From: Aestuariibacter sp.
GTDB lineage: Bacteria > Pseudomonadota > Gammaproteobacteria > Enterobacterales > Alteromonadaceae
Assembly (NCBI GenBank): GCA_017794925.1
Contig: CP051238.1
Location: 4,120,185 to 4,184,184, forward strand
Direction of reading: 5' to 3'
DNA length: 64,000 nucleotides
Shown here: positions 50,801-58,436 of the stretch, piece after piece
How positions within the stretch are numbered: the first letter of the stretch is position 1
How the letters are laid out: each line of letters begins with the position of its first letter
The notes under the pieces: model-generated
Told to the model about the DNA's origin: nothing
Databases searched by the model: none
What the model saw: only the letters and a program-made list of their open reading frames with translations
Made by a program: the position numbers and the translations under genes

Positions 50801-51948
50801 CTATGAGATCGGAAATTACTGATGTCATCCGCATCGATCCCCTGTATTAACATGGATGCCCCGCTACCATAATCTGAATCGTAAGCGGTAAACTCCAGGT
50901 ACGCAGAGGAAATTGTTGCGCCCTGAGGAATATTTAATTCTTCAAAACGCAGCCCTATAAAGTTGTTAGCGTCACTACGGAACGTTAATTCCTTTCCGGT
51001 TGATTCATTGCCCTTAGTATTCTCTTCTACGTTGTCATATTGATCAGTTATCTGATACTGGGAGCTGTCGGCTATACACCCGGTGGCAGTCGCTTGATCG
51101 TACTCAATAATCAACTGCGGCGCATTCCCCGTTCCATCATCATAACCAATAACCTTACGTGAGCTGGCCGTGCTATTGCCCTGGGCATTTAACAATAACG
51201 TTAATGCGTTTCCACCACACCAGGTAGATAAGTCGATAACCTCCTGAATGACTGGCGTGATATCAGGAGAACTGACTTCTTCGCCATAAGATGGGAATTC
51301 GTTTCCCGTACTCCAGTCTACTGAAGCAGTGGTTTGTGTTTTGGACGTAATAGCGCTACTACCCGTTGTAAGTGCAGAAGAGTTTCCGATGCTTTCTCCG
51401 GCAATGGTAATAGTGGTATCCGCAATGTTATAAGCCGCAGAAGTGAACTTCAGATACGCGGAAGTGATAACCGCCCCTTGTGGGATATTCAGGGATTCAA
51501 ATCGAAATGCTGAGGTTACCGGCGAAGTGGAATAACTGATCACCACCTGATTGGAGGTGGTATTTACACTCGAGCTCATTTCATATCCATCATTCTGTGA
51601 GCTCTGAGTAGATGTACTCATTTGCACATCGACCGTCTGGTTAATATTCGTCACAGGATAGAGGATCGGGCCGCCGTAACCCGAAAAACGCATTAGGCCT
51701 GCATTAATATTCGTTGCCCCTGACAGTGCGGCTTTCAGGGCATTTTGCACCCTTAGCATACGTGATTCAGAGCCTCCATCCATTGACCCCATACTGCCCG
51801 AGGTATCCATAATAAACAGTACATTTGGATTGTAAGTTTGCGCACTGCTTGACGTCCCAATAAAAATATCCAGGTCGTCTGCTACCGCGACATTAAGAAA
51901 CGTAATTAAAGAAAAGCTGCACAACCAGCTAAAACGACGAAATTTCAT
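47878..51948 (-). CDS. pilY1: Type IV pilus tip adhesin PilY1/PilC
   Basis: Signal peptide, vWA MIDAS DTSGS, C-terminal beta-propeller (MGDPIHSQP, TNHGYLHAFD, GQTWSRP, DRDNDGLADHLYATD). Confidence 0.93.
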   Translation of the reverse strand: MKFRRFSWLCSFSLITFLNVAVADDLDIFIGTSSSAQTYNPNVLFIMDTSGSMGSMDGGSESRMLRVQNALKAALSGATNINAGLMRFSGYGGPILYPVTNINQTVDVQMSTSTQSSQNDGYEMSSSVNTTSNQVVISYSTSPVTSAFRFESLNIPQGAVITSAYLKFTSAAYNIADTTITIAGESIGNSSALTTGSSAITSKTQTTASVDWSTGNEFPSYGEEVSSPDITPVIQEVIDLSTWCGGNALTLLLNAQGNSTASSRKVIGYDDGTGNAPQLIIEYDQATATGCIADSSQYQITDQYDNVEENTKGNESTGKELTFRSDANNFIGLRFEELNIPQGATISSAYLEFTAYDSDYGSGASMLIQGIDADDISNFRSHSKNDLQNVAKTAGVTWSMPKFRRNRSYQTVDISSILNAIVGRGGWQAGNAVGFVLSNFTDIRGAYSYTGKPSQAPRLFVEFSGNAQAGSSLTVRDLLISKVDDLAASGYTPIVDTLYEASLYYGGMNVDYGLSRGRSDTSSTVRRNTRVSHRDSYTGSDAVQPYGCTDANLGDSACVGEYIPAPATYISPVQDLQCQTNNHIVLLSDGEANSNHSASKIQSLLSSSCQSASSGELCGLDLVSNISKSASSVINSKVTTHTIGFAANNTANNFLYRLALNSGGGFYTASNSTDLLTAFQTILRSVKDVNATFVSPGVAVNQLNRLTHQDELYYALFKPAEGTLWPGNLKKYRISGDQVFDQNGLVAIDENTGFFADSSHSYWSPTLDGADVREGGAASLLYGSRNIYFFDGPGSIIQSSNQVHENNSAISTADMDTDTESDPSGLRTQLLQWSRGIDLRDYDGDGDLTEARLQMGDPIHSQPVIVNYGTNDSVIYIATNHGYLHAFDADTGYEYFAVAPKDMLANAKDFYQDASSYQHIYGLDGHMVLREFNNKKYLYVGMRRGGRNYYVFDITSKTSPSLVFTIEGGSTGLENLGQTWSRPIITKMNIGGSVYNVMVVGGGYDVGQDTHPTRTPDTVGNTVMIFNADTGALLWEASNAGADLNLTEMMYSIPGHIAAIDRDNDGLADHLYATDMGGQIFRFDVYNGKSGSDFIKGQRIADLAGTSNGDNRHFYYGVDVSEVTLGSQNFYAVVVGSGWRANPLDQVVNDRFYMIKDTGVFTLDTSGKFTFPSTITESDLFDATSHALTASDDATRSVAISDYASKQGWFLQLQTSGEKVLSSPVIVNYKVFFTTYVPAASSTSACAPPAGNSRAYLVNLLDGNAAGDLNADGDLTNDDRFATLTQTGIAPDTKILIEDASNPTICLGTECVSAVVPIDDQGNEEACTSAFECLSQNIFGRYQRVMRGSWSTEVEQ

Positions 51949-52520
51949 TACTGAGCCTCCGTTGAAGGGCCAAATACTGCAACAGTCAGCGTGTTTGCTT
52001 TAGTAACCCGCTTTCCTTCAATTTGACCGCAACCTCGAATAACAAATACGTGGCAGCGCAATCCTCCGCTACCAATAACATTACTGGAACCCCGACATGG
52101 ACGTTCAATAACAAATGCAGTTCTGGACCAGCTGTCTACATCAGGTTGTGAATGGAACTGACCCGTTGAAGTATGTTGCTGCCCTTTAGACAAACCGCTG
52201 GCCGTCAACTGCCTGTTTGTCCAATCAGCACTGTTCGCACAAGCCAGGTCCGAATTCGCCGGATCAAACTGATTCCCCTGTCGGGCGGCGGTAAGTGGGT
52301 CATCGATGAGATCATCTGTTAATATAGTGTCGTCTTCCGATTCAAAGATGACACCCGCAATAGCCGCTTCTGCAGCATCAAAAGCCAATCCCTGTGCCTG
52401 CACCGAACTTGCCATCTTGGTTTGACTTACACTGCTGCTCACCGCAGCCACACCTAACAAGGTAACGCACAATAAAAAAACCAGAGCGATAACCAAAACC
52501 ACGCCTTGTTGCGACTTCAT
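51948..52520 (-). CDS. pilX: Minor pilin PilX (set A)
   Basis: MKSQQG|VVLVIALVFLL, no E5, AFDAAEAAI. Confidence 0.9.
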   Translation of the reverse strand: MKSQQGVVLVIALVFLLCVTLLGVAAVSSSVSQTKMASSVQAQGLAFDAAEAAIAGVIFESEDDTILTDDLIDDPLTAARQGNQFDPANSDLACANSADWTNRQLTASGLSKGQQHTSTGQFHSQPDVDSWSRTAFVIERPCRGSSNVIGSGGLRCHVFVIRGCGQIEGKRVTKANTLTVAVFGPSTEAQ

Positions 52521-53365
52521 AACGCAGCACTCCCCACGTAATTCAGGCTGTTTCGCAATGCCACAGACACAGCAAAAACCTGATAATAATGTTTAACATC
52601 AAGCGTTAATGGCGCTTCCGAGAGTAACCGAACCTGATTGGTTGCCGTATTCTGAATATTTGTCGGGTCGCTTTTCAGCAATAATTCAATGCGAACACTC
52701 ACGACTTGTTGGTTGGCAAGCCGTGCGGCGGCAAGTTGACTGGCATCGACAAACCGGACGACCTGACTGTTGTTGTTATTTACGTCTTCAGACAAGCCGT
52801 ATTCCACCTGAAAACTTGCGACATTATCGAGAATGACGACTTCACTGCTTGGCGTACTATTTCCCACCAGGCCTCGCAAATAGCGACCGCTGTAGCCAAT
52901 ACATTTAAGCTGGTCCCCATCGACAAAATAGCGGTTAACCACATGCATTTCCTGGGGTGCGACCAAACTAAACTTATTGCCGGTGCAGTCTTCACCAGCG
53001 AGTAAATTAACGACAATCTCATCACTATTTGTTGTGCTGCCCTCGCTGCTACCGACCGTTGCCTGAGCATTGTAATCACCGGGCAATGCAATTGGCTGAC
53101 TTTGAACAAAACTGGCTTCCAGCAACAAATCTACCGAATTGTCTACACTGGACACGGTGGTGTCGTACCGGCCCGCTTCCATTAACTCTTCTTGCAAACG
53201 CATGGATATATAGCGGCCGGATTCTTGTACTCCAGCAATCGCCTGATTTAACGTATTGGTTGCGCGGGTGCTCACTAGCACCTGAATAACACCGACGGTT
53301 AACACCAACCCCAGTAGCATGGAGATCATTAACTCGACTAAGGAAAAACCTGACTGTGCTTTCAC
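52517..53365 (-). CDS. pilW: Minor pilin PilW (set A)
   Basis: GTG start, VKAQSG|FSLVELMISMLLGL, ESGRY, NVASFQVEYG, VSVRIELLL, VALRN. Confidence 0.9.
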   Translation of the reverse strand: MKAQSGFSLVELMISMLLGLVLTVGVIQVLVSTRATNTLNQAIAGVQESGRYISMRLQEELMEAGRYDTTVSSVDNSVDLLLEASFVQSQPIALPGDYNAQATVGSSEGSTTNSDEIVVNLLAGEDCTGNKFSLVAPQEMHVVNRYFVDGDQLKCIGYSGRYLRGLVGNSTPSSEVVILDNVASFQVEYGLSEDVNNNNSQVVRFVDASQLAAARLANQQVVSVRIELLLKSDPTNIQNTATNQVRLLSEAPLTLDVKHYYQVFAVSVALRNSLNYVGSAAL

Positions 53366-53982
53366 AGTGTGATCTCCTTGATGACACACGCCCTATTGGT
53401 ACTGCCGGTAATAGCACACCGGGAGTCAGCCTGAACACTGTTTCCGGTACTGGATTTCACCGGCCAGCTCACGGATATACTAATCAGGGAGCCAGAAGAA
53501 CATAACTTAGCATCACCTGTATCGCGGTCGTTGCAAGTCACACTCAGCCACATATTCGGATTGCTACGCACAGCCTGGCAGCTGGCTTCCCAGCCAGTAA
53601 AAGAGGCCAGATCGTTGACGGAGCACTGGGCTCCTCTGCAGTTTGGGATACCTGCCGGTAACGTAAGACATAAACACTGATAATTGTCGGTGCTGGCGCT
53701 ACACGTCACATTCTGAAAGTTGTAAACATTGTCGTTCAGAAATGCATCGTCAATTTCCCAACCATCGTCGGTAGTGGATGGCTCAGCTACCGCAACAAGT
53801 TGTTCAGCGACATAGCGGGCAACCAGTTCCCCCTGACTCCGGCTAACAGACTGCACATTGTTGAATGTGCCGGTAAACTGCAATGACGCCACACCCAGCA
53901 ATCCCACTGACAGCACGAAGAGACTCACTAGAATCTCCATCATACCGACACCGGTTTGGGTTGCTGGACGTTGTCTTATCAT
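53362..53982 (-). CDS. pilV: Minor pilin PilV (set A)
   Basis: QTG|VGMMEILVSLFVLSVGLLGVASLQ; ATG at 53982 preferred. Confidence 0.9.
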   Translation of the reverse strand: MIRQRPATQTGVGMMEILVSLFVLSVGLLGVASLQFTGTFNNVQSVSRSQGELVARYVAEQLVAVAEPSTTDDGWEIDDAFLNDNVYNFQNVTCSASTDNYQCLCLTLPAGIPNCRGAQCSVNDLASFTGWEASCQAVRSNPNMWLSVTCNDRDTGDAKLCSSGSLISISVSWPVKSSTGNSVQADSRCAITGSTNRACVIKEITL

Positions 53983-54262
53983 TTCTGATACCTGTTGTGT
54001 TCTGCCTGACCGCATTTTAATTAGCCTGCATTCGCGCTGTACCGACATGGATGTCCTGCTTAGCGTCAAAACATGCACCATTACGTACTAGCATAGTAGA
54101 TAAATTCGCCGAAAATTGCATGGGATTAGGGTAGCTGTGCAGGCTGTTTCGTATAAGTTTGAATAACTGTCTTCAATTCGTTCAAAACCTGTACCCATGT
54201 ATAGCTGTGTTATCGGAAGCGCATAGGTATTGTTTAGCTTCAACAGCAAGCAAGGGATCATT

Positions 54263-54784
54263 ATGCAACAAACAGAAGCTGGCAGGTCGCTGATTGAGCT
54301 GCTGATATGCCTGACTGTTCTATCGATTCTACTTGTCAAAGGTGTAAGTAGCTATGCGTCAATGCAAAAACGCCAGCATCTGATTGGAGCAGCCCAGGAC
54401 AGCTATTTTTTTCTGCAGCGAGCAAGAAGTGAGTCCATTCGCAATAACAGAACGATTTATGTTGTCATCCAACCATTAGGAGCTAGTTGCCTCGGGCTAA
54501 GTGAGCAACCCGGTTGCCAGTGTAATACCAGCCAAAGTTGCGTTATCGACCAACAACAAAACGTGCTTTACTATTCAGCATACCCGAGTGTCACCTTAAC
54601 TAAGGTGTCCTTCGGTAACCCACCCCAAAGTCGCTTTTTACCGCCGCGGGGGATGGCAACCGGATTTGCAGGTAGCCTGCAACTTACCAACGGCGAGCAC
54701 ACCTTGAAAGTTCTGCTAAGTAATATGGGCAGAGTTCGTATTTGCACAACAACACCGCCCTTTTCCCCTTTTAAAAGCTGTTAG
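54263..54784 (+). CDS. fimT: GspH/FimT-family minor pilin with C-terminal GRxR motif (set B)
   Basis: MQQTEAG|RSLIELL, LQRARSESI, C-terminal SNMGRVRIC. Confidence 0.85.
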   Translation: MQQTEAGRSLIELLICLTVLSILLVKGVSSYASMQKRQHLIGAAQDSYFFLQRARSESIRNNRTIYVVIQPLGASCLGLSEQPGCQCNTSQSCVIDQQQNVLYYSAYPSVTLTKVSFGNPPQSRFLPPRGMATGFAGSLQLTNGEHTLKVLLSNMGRVRICTTTPPFSPFKSC

Positions 54785-54898
54785 CGATGAAAGTGGATCG
54801 CAATCATATCCAGAACTGATACTATGTGCGCCACCTTTGCCGCCGATGTCTATACTCAAAATAGCAGACGTTTGCGCCTTTTATTATCCGGAATCACT

Positions 54899-55447
54899 AT
54901 GGCACTCAAAGCGACCATTTTTAAAGCTGATATATCCATATCGGATATGGACCGCAATTATTATAACGATCACAATTTAACGATTGCCCGACATCCCTCA
55001 GAAAACGATGCCCGCATGATGTTGCGTATTATTGCGTTCATTGTTAACGCCCACGAGCGGTTACAATTTACCAAGGGGTTGTCTGACGACGACGTACCGG
55101 ACCTTTGGCAAAAAAGCTTCAGTGATGAAATTGAACTATGGATTGAGCTCGGTCAGCCTTCTGAACAGCGCATTAAAAAAGGCTGCAATCAAAGCCAACA
55201 GATGATGATTTATGCCTATGCCGATAACAGCTTTGATGCCTGGTGGAAGAAAGAACAATCAAAGTTGCAGACCAGAAACAACCTTTCAGTCTTCACTCTG
55301 CCAGCTGAACTTGCCGATTCCCTTGAAAGTGTGGTTCAACGTTCAATGCAAATTCAGGTCACCATTCAGGACGGGCAAATGTGGTTGACGGTGGAAGGTC
55401 CTGATGTCACTGAAAGCTTAGAGGTTGCCATTGAAAAGTGGCTATAA
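54899..55447 (+). CDS. yaeQ: YaeQ family protein
   Basis: MALKATIFKADISISDMDR, ARHPSENDARMMLR, FTKGLS..DVPDLW, LWIELGQP. Confidence 0.93.
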   Translation: MALKATIFKADISISDMDRNYYNDHNLTIARHPSENDARMMLRIIAFIVNAHERLQFTKGLSDDDVPDLWQKSFSDEIELWIELGQPSEQRIKKGCNQSQQMMIYAYADNSFDAWWKKEQSKLQTRNNLSVFTLPAELADSLESVVQRSMQIQVTIQDGQMWLTVEGPDVTESLEVAIEKWL

Positions 55448-55499
55448 ATGATGTCTCTCGTTATTAACTACTGTCGGGACATGAATCTGTTACATCGAA

Positions 55500-56084
55500 T
55501 CAATTAGACGCTACTGAAAGCCCAACATAGGGAATAGGTGCAACATAGGGGTTTAGCGCAACCCCGGCTCTGGCGGCCAAAATCGGGGCAATCACACCTT
55601 CAGCTGTAACTGTGTTTAGTCTGCCATGAAAGTTAGTCCAGCTCACCGTCACGACGACATGTTTAGCTTGAACAGATAGCGGAAGCGATCGTTGAGTAAG
55701 GGAAAGCTGACTGCGTGTTTGCCAACTGTCTGGCTGACCGTCACCGCTGGTATCAACGAAGAAGAGAGCCGTTGACTGCCAGGAACGTTGAAACCTGACC
55801 GAGGTTACTGCACTCACGGGATAAACGATTTGTCCGCCGTTCATCTGCCCGCCTTTATTTGACGCAATACTCCGGAAGTCATCAGTGGCCGACGTCGGTG
55901 ACGTCAGCCACTGAAAGTTCGCCAGATCGTCCAGTTTTTCCTGTGCAAGAAAACGAGCATGTGTCCGCAATGTCTGCTGCTCATTCATATGTACAAGATG
56001 GGTTTGCAACGTGATCAACCCTGCCCCTGACAGAGCAACCAATGATGTCGCAATAAGCAATTCTACGAAAGAAAAGCCTCGCAT
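55500..56084 (-). CDS. PilV/PpdC-like minor pilin (set B)
   Basis: MRG|FSFVELLIA, AQEKLDDL, VTVSW. Confidence 0.85.
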   Translation of the reverse strand: MRGFSFVELLIATSLVALSGAGLITLQTHLVHMNEQQTLRTHARFLAQEKLDDLANFQWLTSPTSATDDFRSIASNKGGQMNGGQIVYPVSAVTSVRFQRSWQSTALFFVDTSGDGQPDSWQTRSQLSLTQRSLPLSVQAKHVVVTVSWTNFHGRLNTVTAEGVIAPILAARAGVALNPYVAPIPYVGLSVASN

Positions 56085-56093
56085 ATCTTGTCC

Positions 56094-57230
56094 TCAGAAA
56101 TCCCGCCAGCTACCCGGAATAACGGTCGCTCGGGTAAATGGCTTTTGTTGCAAATTGTTCAGCGCGTTTTTATCGTAAATTACCGTCGTTTTTGTACTTG
56201 CTGTATCGACTAATTGATTAGCCACCAATGCACCGTGGATGACAGCACTGTTATTTGAGGAAATATGGAACGGCCCATTTTTCGCTGTTGTAACGGCCCA
56301 AAACACCAATCCATGAATTGAGACACCAGCCTGAAGTGTCAGGCTACCATTTACAACAACCAGCAACACAGGCTCAGCCGAGCTTCCCAGAGTGACACCC
56401 GGCGCAACGACGCAATCGCCGTGTACCCAAATGAAACCTGAAGTTTGGGAAGATAGCGAAGAGCAATCAGAGGTTCTTATATTGGCCTCTTGCTCCAACA
56501 CTGCTACATCACTGGCGTTTAGATTAAACACATAGAGCCACAAGTCCGCAGGAAACGTTTTGTTGTTATCCAGGACGTCACTGCCAAATACTCCCGAATG
56601 ACTCAGCGTATTAATCCCACATCCAGTTAGGCTGATCTGGCCAGGATGACATGTTTCCAAGCCTATGGACCGGCTCACAATAGGCGCAGTCCAAAGTGCC
56701 AGCGCTTTCCCCTGCCCGAGTCCATCATTGTTAACTCCGACAACGAAATGACTGCTCTGGGTCATCCCGGCAGACAAAGAAGTGAGTCCTCCACCAATCA
56801 TGACAGGTGCCGGAGGTACACGTGCAACAATGGGGTAAATCACCGCACTCGCTACCACGTTTGCGTGGGTCAACCCGTCTGAAGTGGTGCCTTTCGAGCT
56901 TATTGATATAACGCGCTGCAGTGATGTTCCCGCAGGTACTGGCTTGTCGGTTGTCTGCACCACGAAATGACTGCCAGATGAAAGCGTCCCTCCTGTTCCG
57001 GTAGATGACCAGTCCGGTTTTGCCTGCAAGGTTGCCAGTGTATGATTAAGCCCCTTGTTGGCTGCATTCAGCGCAAGTTTTCGACTCTGCACATTGTTGA
57101 GTATTTGTAACTCTATGGACTTCACTCTGCTGACATAAGCGGTAACCAGTGCGGCCAGTATAAGTAAAAGCAGTACTGCGCTGAGCAGCGCCATCCCCGA
57201 ACTTTTAAATTGCAGATGGCTACCCCACAT
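56094..57230 (-). CDS. PilX-like minor pilin with a large C-terminal domain (set B)
   Basis: SSG|MALLSAVLLLL, no E5, ALNAANKGL; 378 aa. Confidence 0.85.
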   Translation of the reverse strand: MWGSHLQFKSSGMALLSAVLLLLILAALVTAYVSRVKSIELQILNNVQSRKLALNAANKGLNHTLATLQAKPDWSSTGTGGTLSSGSHFVVQTTDKPVPAGTSLQRVISISSKGTTSDGLTHANVVASAVIYPIVARVPPAPVMIGGGLTSLSAGMTQSSHFVVGVNNDGLGQGKALALWTAPIVSRSIGLETCHPGQISLTGCGINTLSHSGVFGSDVLDNNKTFPADLWLYVFNLNASDVAVLEQEANIRTSDCSSLSSQTSGFIWVHGDCVVAPGVTLGSSAEPVLLVVVNGSLTLQAGVSIHGLVFWAVTTAKNGPFHISSNNSAVIHGALVANQLVDTASTKTTVIYDKNALNNLQQKPFTRATVIPGSWRDF

Positions 57231-57840
57231 GATTTCTCACCAGCACCGTTTTAATGTAGGTTTGCGATAGTCCGGAATTGGCTTTTAAGTGCCCTGATAG
57301 TCGAATTGCAATGCGGGTAACGGGCACCCCGTTATGATTCACTGTGGTAGGTTGAAAAGACAGTTCAGTGACAACGACAACATCGTTATCGGTTATATCT
57401 TCCCATCCTTTGGTTTGACAACCAGCGCCGACCTTACGCACTTCTATGGTTTTGTTTTGCAGCCGGTAACCAAACAGTTCGTTCGGATATTGTGTGTCCA
57501 GCACGCCATTGCTGTTTGCATCATAACGAAAAGTGACACAGGAGTTAGCGGGCTCGCCTGAATAGGCACCAAATAACAAGTGTTGGCTGAAAGCACTGCC
57601 AACCGCGCCGGGTTGTAATATCTGCTGCGTATTGCCGTTATAGCCTGCTCGCTGGAGATCAGATTGTATCAAGGCAAAAACATTGCCCAACTCTTCCGTC
57701 AGCCGCGCGTTATTGAGCAGGTGATTATTCAGACTGACTGAACCTGCTACCAAACTGGTAAGCGCAAGCATTGCCCCACTGCCAAGCCCCAACACGATAA
57801 TGAGCTCGGGTAAGGCCATTCCCTGCCAATGTCGTCTCAT
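57220..57840 (-). CDS. PilW/PpdB-like minor pilin (set B)
   Basis: WQG|MALPELII, IQSDLQRAGY, SCVTFRYD, FGYRL, VLVRN. Confidence 0.87.
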   Translation of the reverse strand: MRRHWQGMALPELIIVLGLGSGAMLALTSLVAGSVSLNNHLLNNARLTEELGNVFALIQSDLQRAGYNGNTQQILQPGAVGSAFSQHLLFGAYSGEPANSCVTFRYDANSNGVLDTQYPNELFGYRLQNKTIEVRKVGAGCQTKGWEDITDNDVVVVTELSFQPTTVNHNGVPVTRIAIRLSGHLKANSGLSQTYIKTVLVRNHVG

Positions 57841-58004
57841 ATCGTCATTCGCTCAGTTATCCCTTCATGACGTCAGTTTGCACCACGCGATACCTGAGCA
57901 ACACTGTCCCTGTTGCCGGTTTTTCGAAAGCCCGACCAAAGGACGTTGGATACCCTGGTGCATTTGGCTAGTCTTGAGACCCTGACTGACAAAGGATTGA
58001 TGGG

Positions 58005-58379
58005 ATGAGACACGACACGCAAACAGGGTTTACGTTACTGGAATTAATGATAGGACTGCTTATTATCGGTATTCTGAGTGCCGTCGCGATGCCTGTCTAT
58101 CAGGAGCAAATTCGAAAGGTACGCAGGGATGCAGTAAAAATGCAGTTGTTGAGTTTACATATCGACCAGCAGGCATATCGCCTTCAAAACCCCACGTTTG
58201 CCACTGGTCAGAAACTGGTCTTGCCGTTGTCGGACTTCTATCAGTTCTCGGTGGCGAATGTGTCTTCACAAACCTTTGTTCTTACCGCAAAGGCACTCGG
58301 CACGCAAAAACAGGACAAGGGATGTGTAAGCTTAACCATCGATCAGTCGATGACTCGTCAACCCAGCGGTTGCTGGTGA
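58005..58379 (+). CDS. pilE: Type IV minor pilin PilE (set B)
   Basis: QTG|FTLLELMIGLLIIGILSAVAMPVYQEQIRKVRR, FVLTAKALGTQKQDKGC. Confidence 0.9.
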   Translation: MRHDTQTGFTLLELMIGLLIIGILSAVAMPVYQEQIRKVRRDAVKMQLLSLHIDQQAYRLQNPTFATGQKLVLPLSDFYQFSVANVSSQTFVLTAKALGTQKQDKGCVSLTIDQSMTRQPSGCW

Positions 58380-58406
58380 ATGTAGTTTTAGGAAGGTTGT
58401 AAAGCA

Positions 58407-58436
58407 AAACAGGTTAGCGAGTTAGCTAACCTGTTT
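58407..58436. terminator. Hairpin between convergent pilE(B) and ispH
   Basis: AAACAGGTTAGC-GAGTTA-GCTAACCTGTTT, overlapping the ispH stop codon. Confidence 0.7.

Noticed and set aside
54050-54075. GACGCTAAGC upstream of pilV(A), similar to the c-di-GMP-I riboswitch core
   Set aside because: The flanking P1/P2 elements and tetraloop-receptor motif are missing
46880-54092. Two 9-bp inverted matches (GCTAGTACG 46880/54084; CCATGTCGG 46945/54042) as inversion sites for pilin block A
   Set aside because: About two 9-mer matches are expected by chance between regions of this size, the spacing differs (65 versus 42 nt) and no recombinase is nearby
53983-58004. CRP-S (TGCGA-N6-TCGCA) or sigma-54 sites in the pilin promoter regions
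   Set aside because: No convincing match by eye at 53983-54262 or 57841-58004; a PWM scan is needed, so competence regulation is unsupported at promoter level
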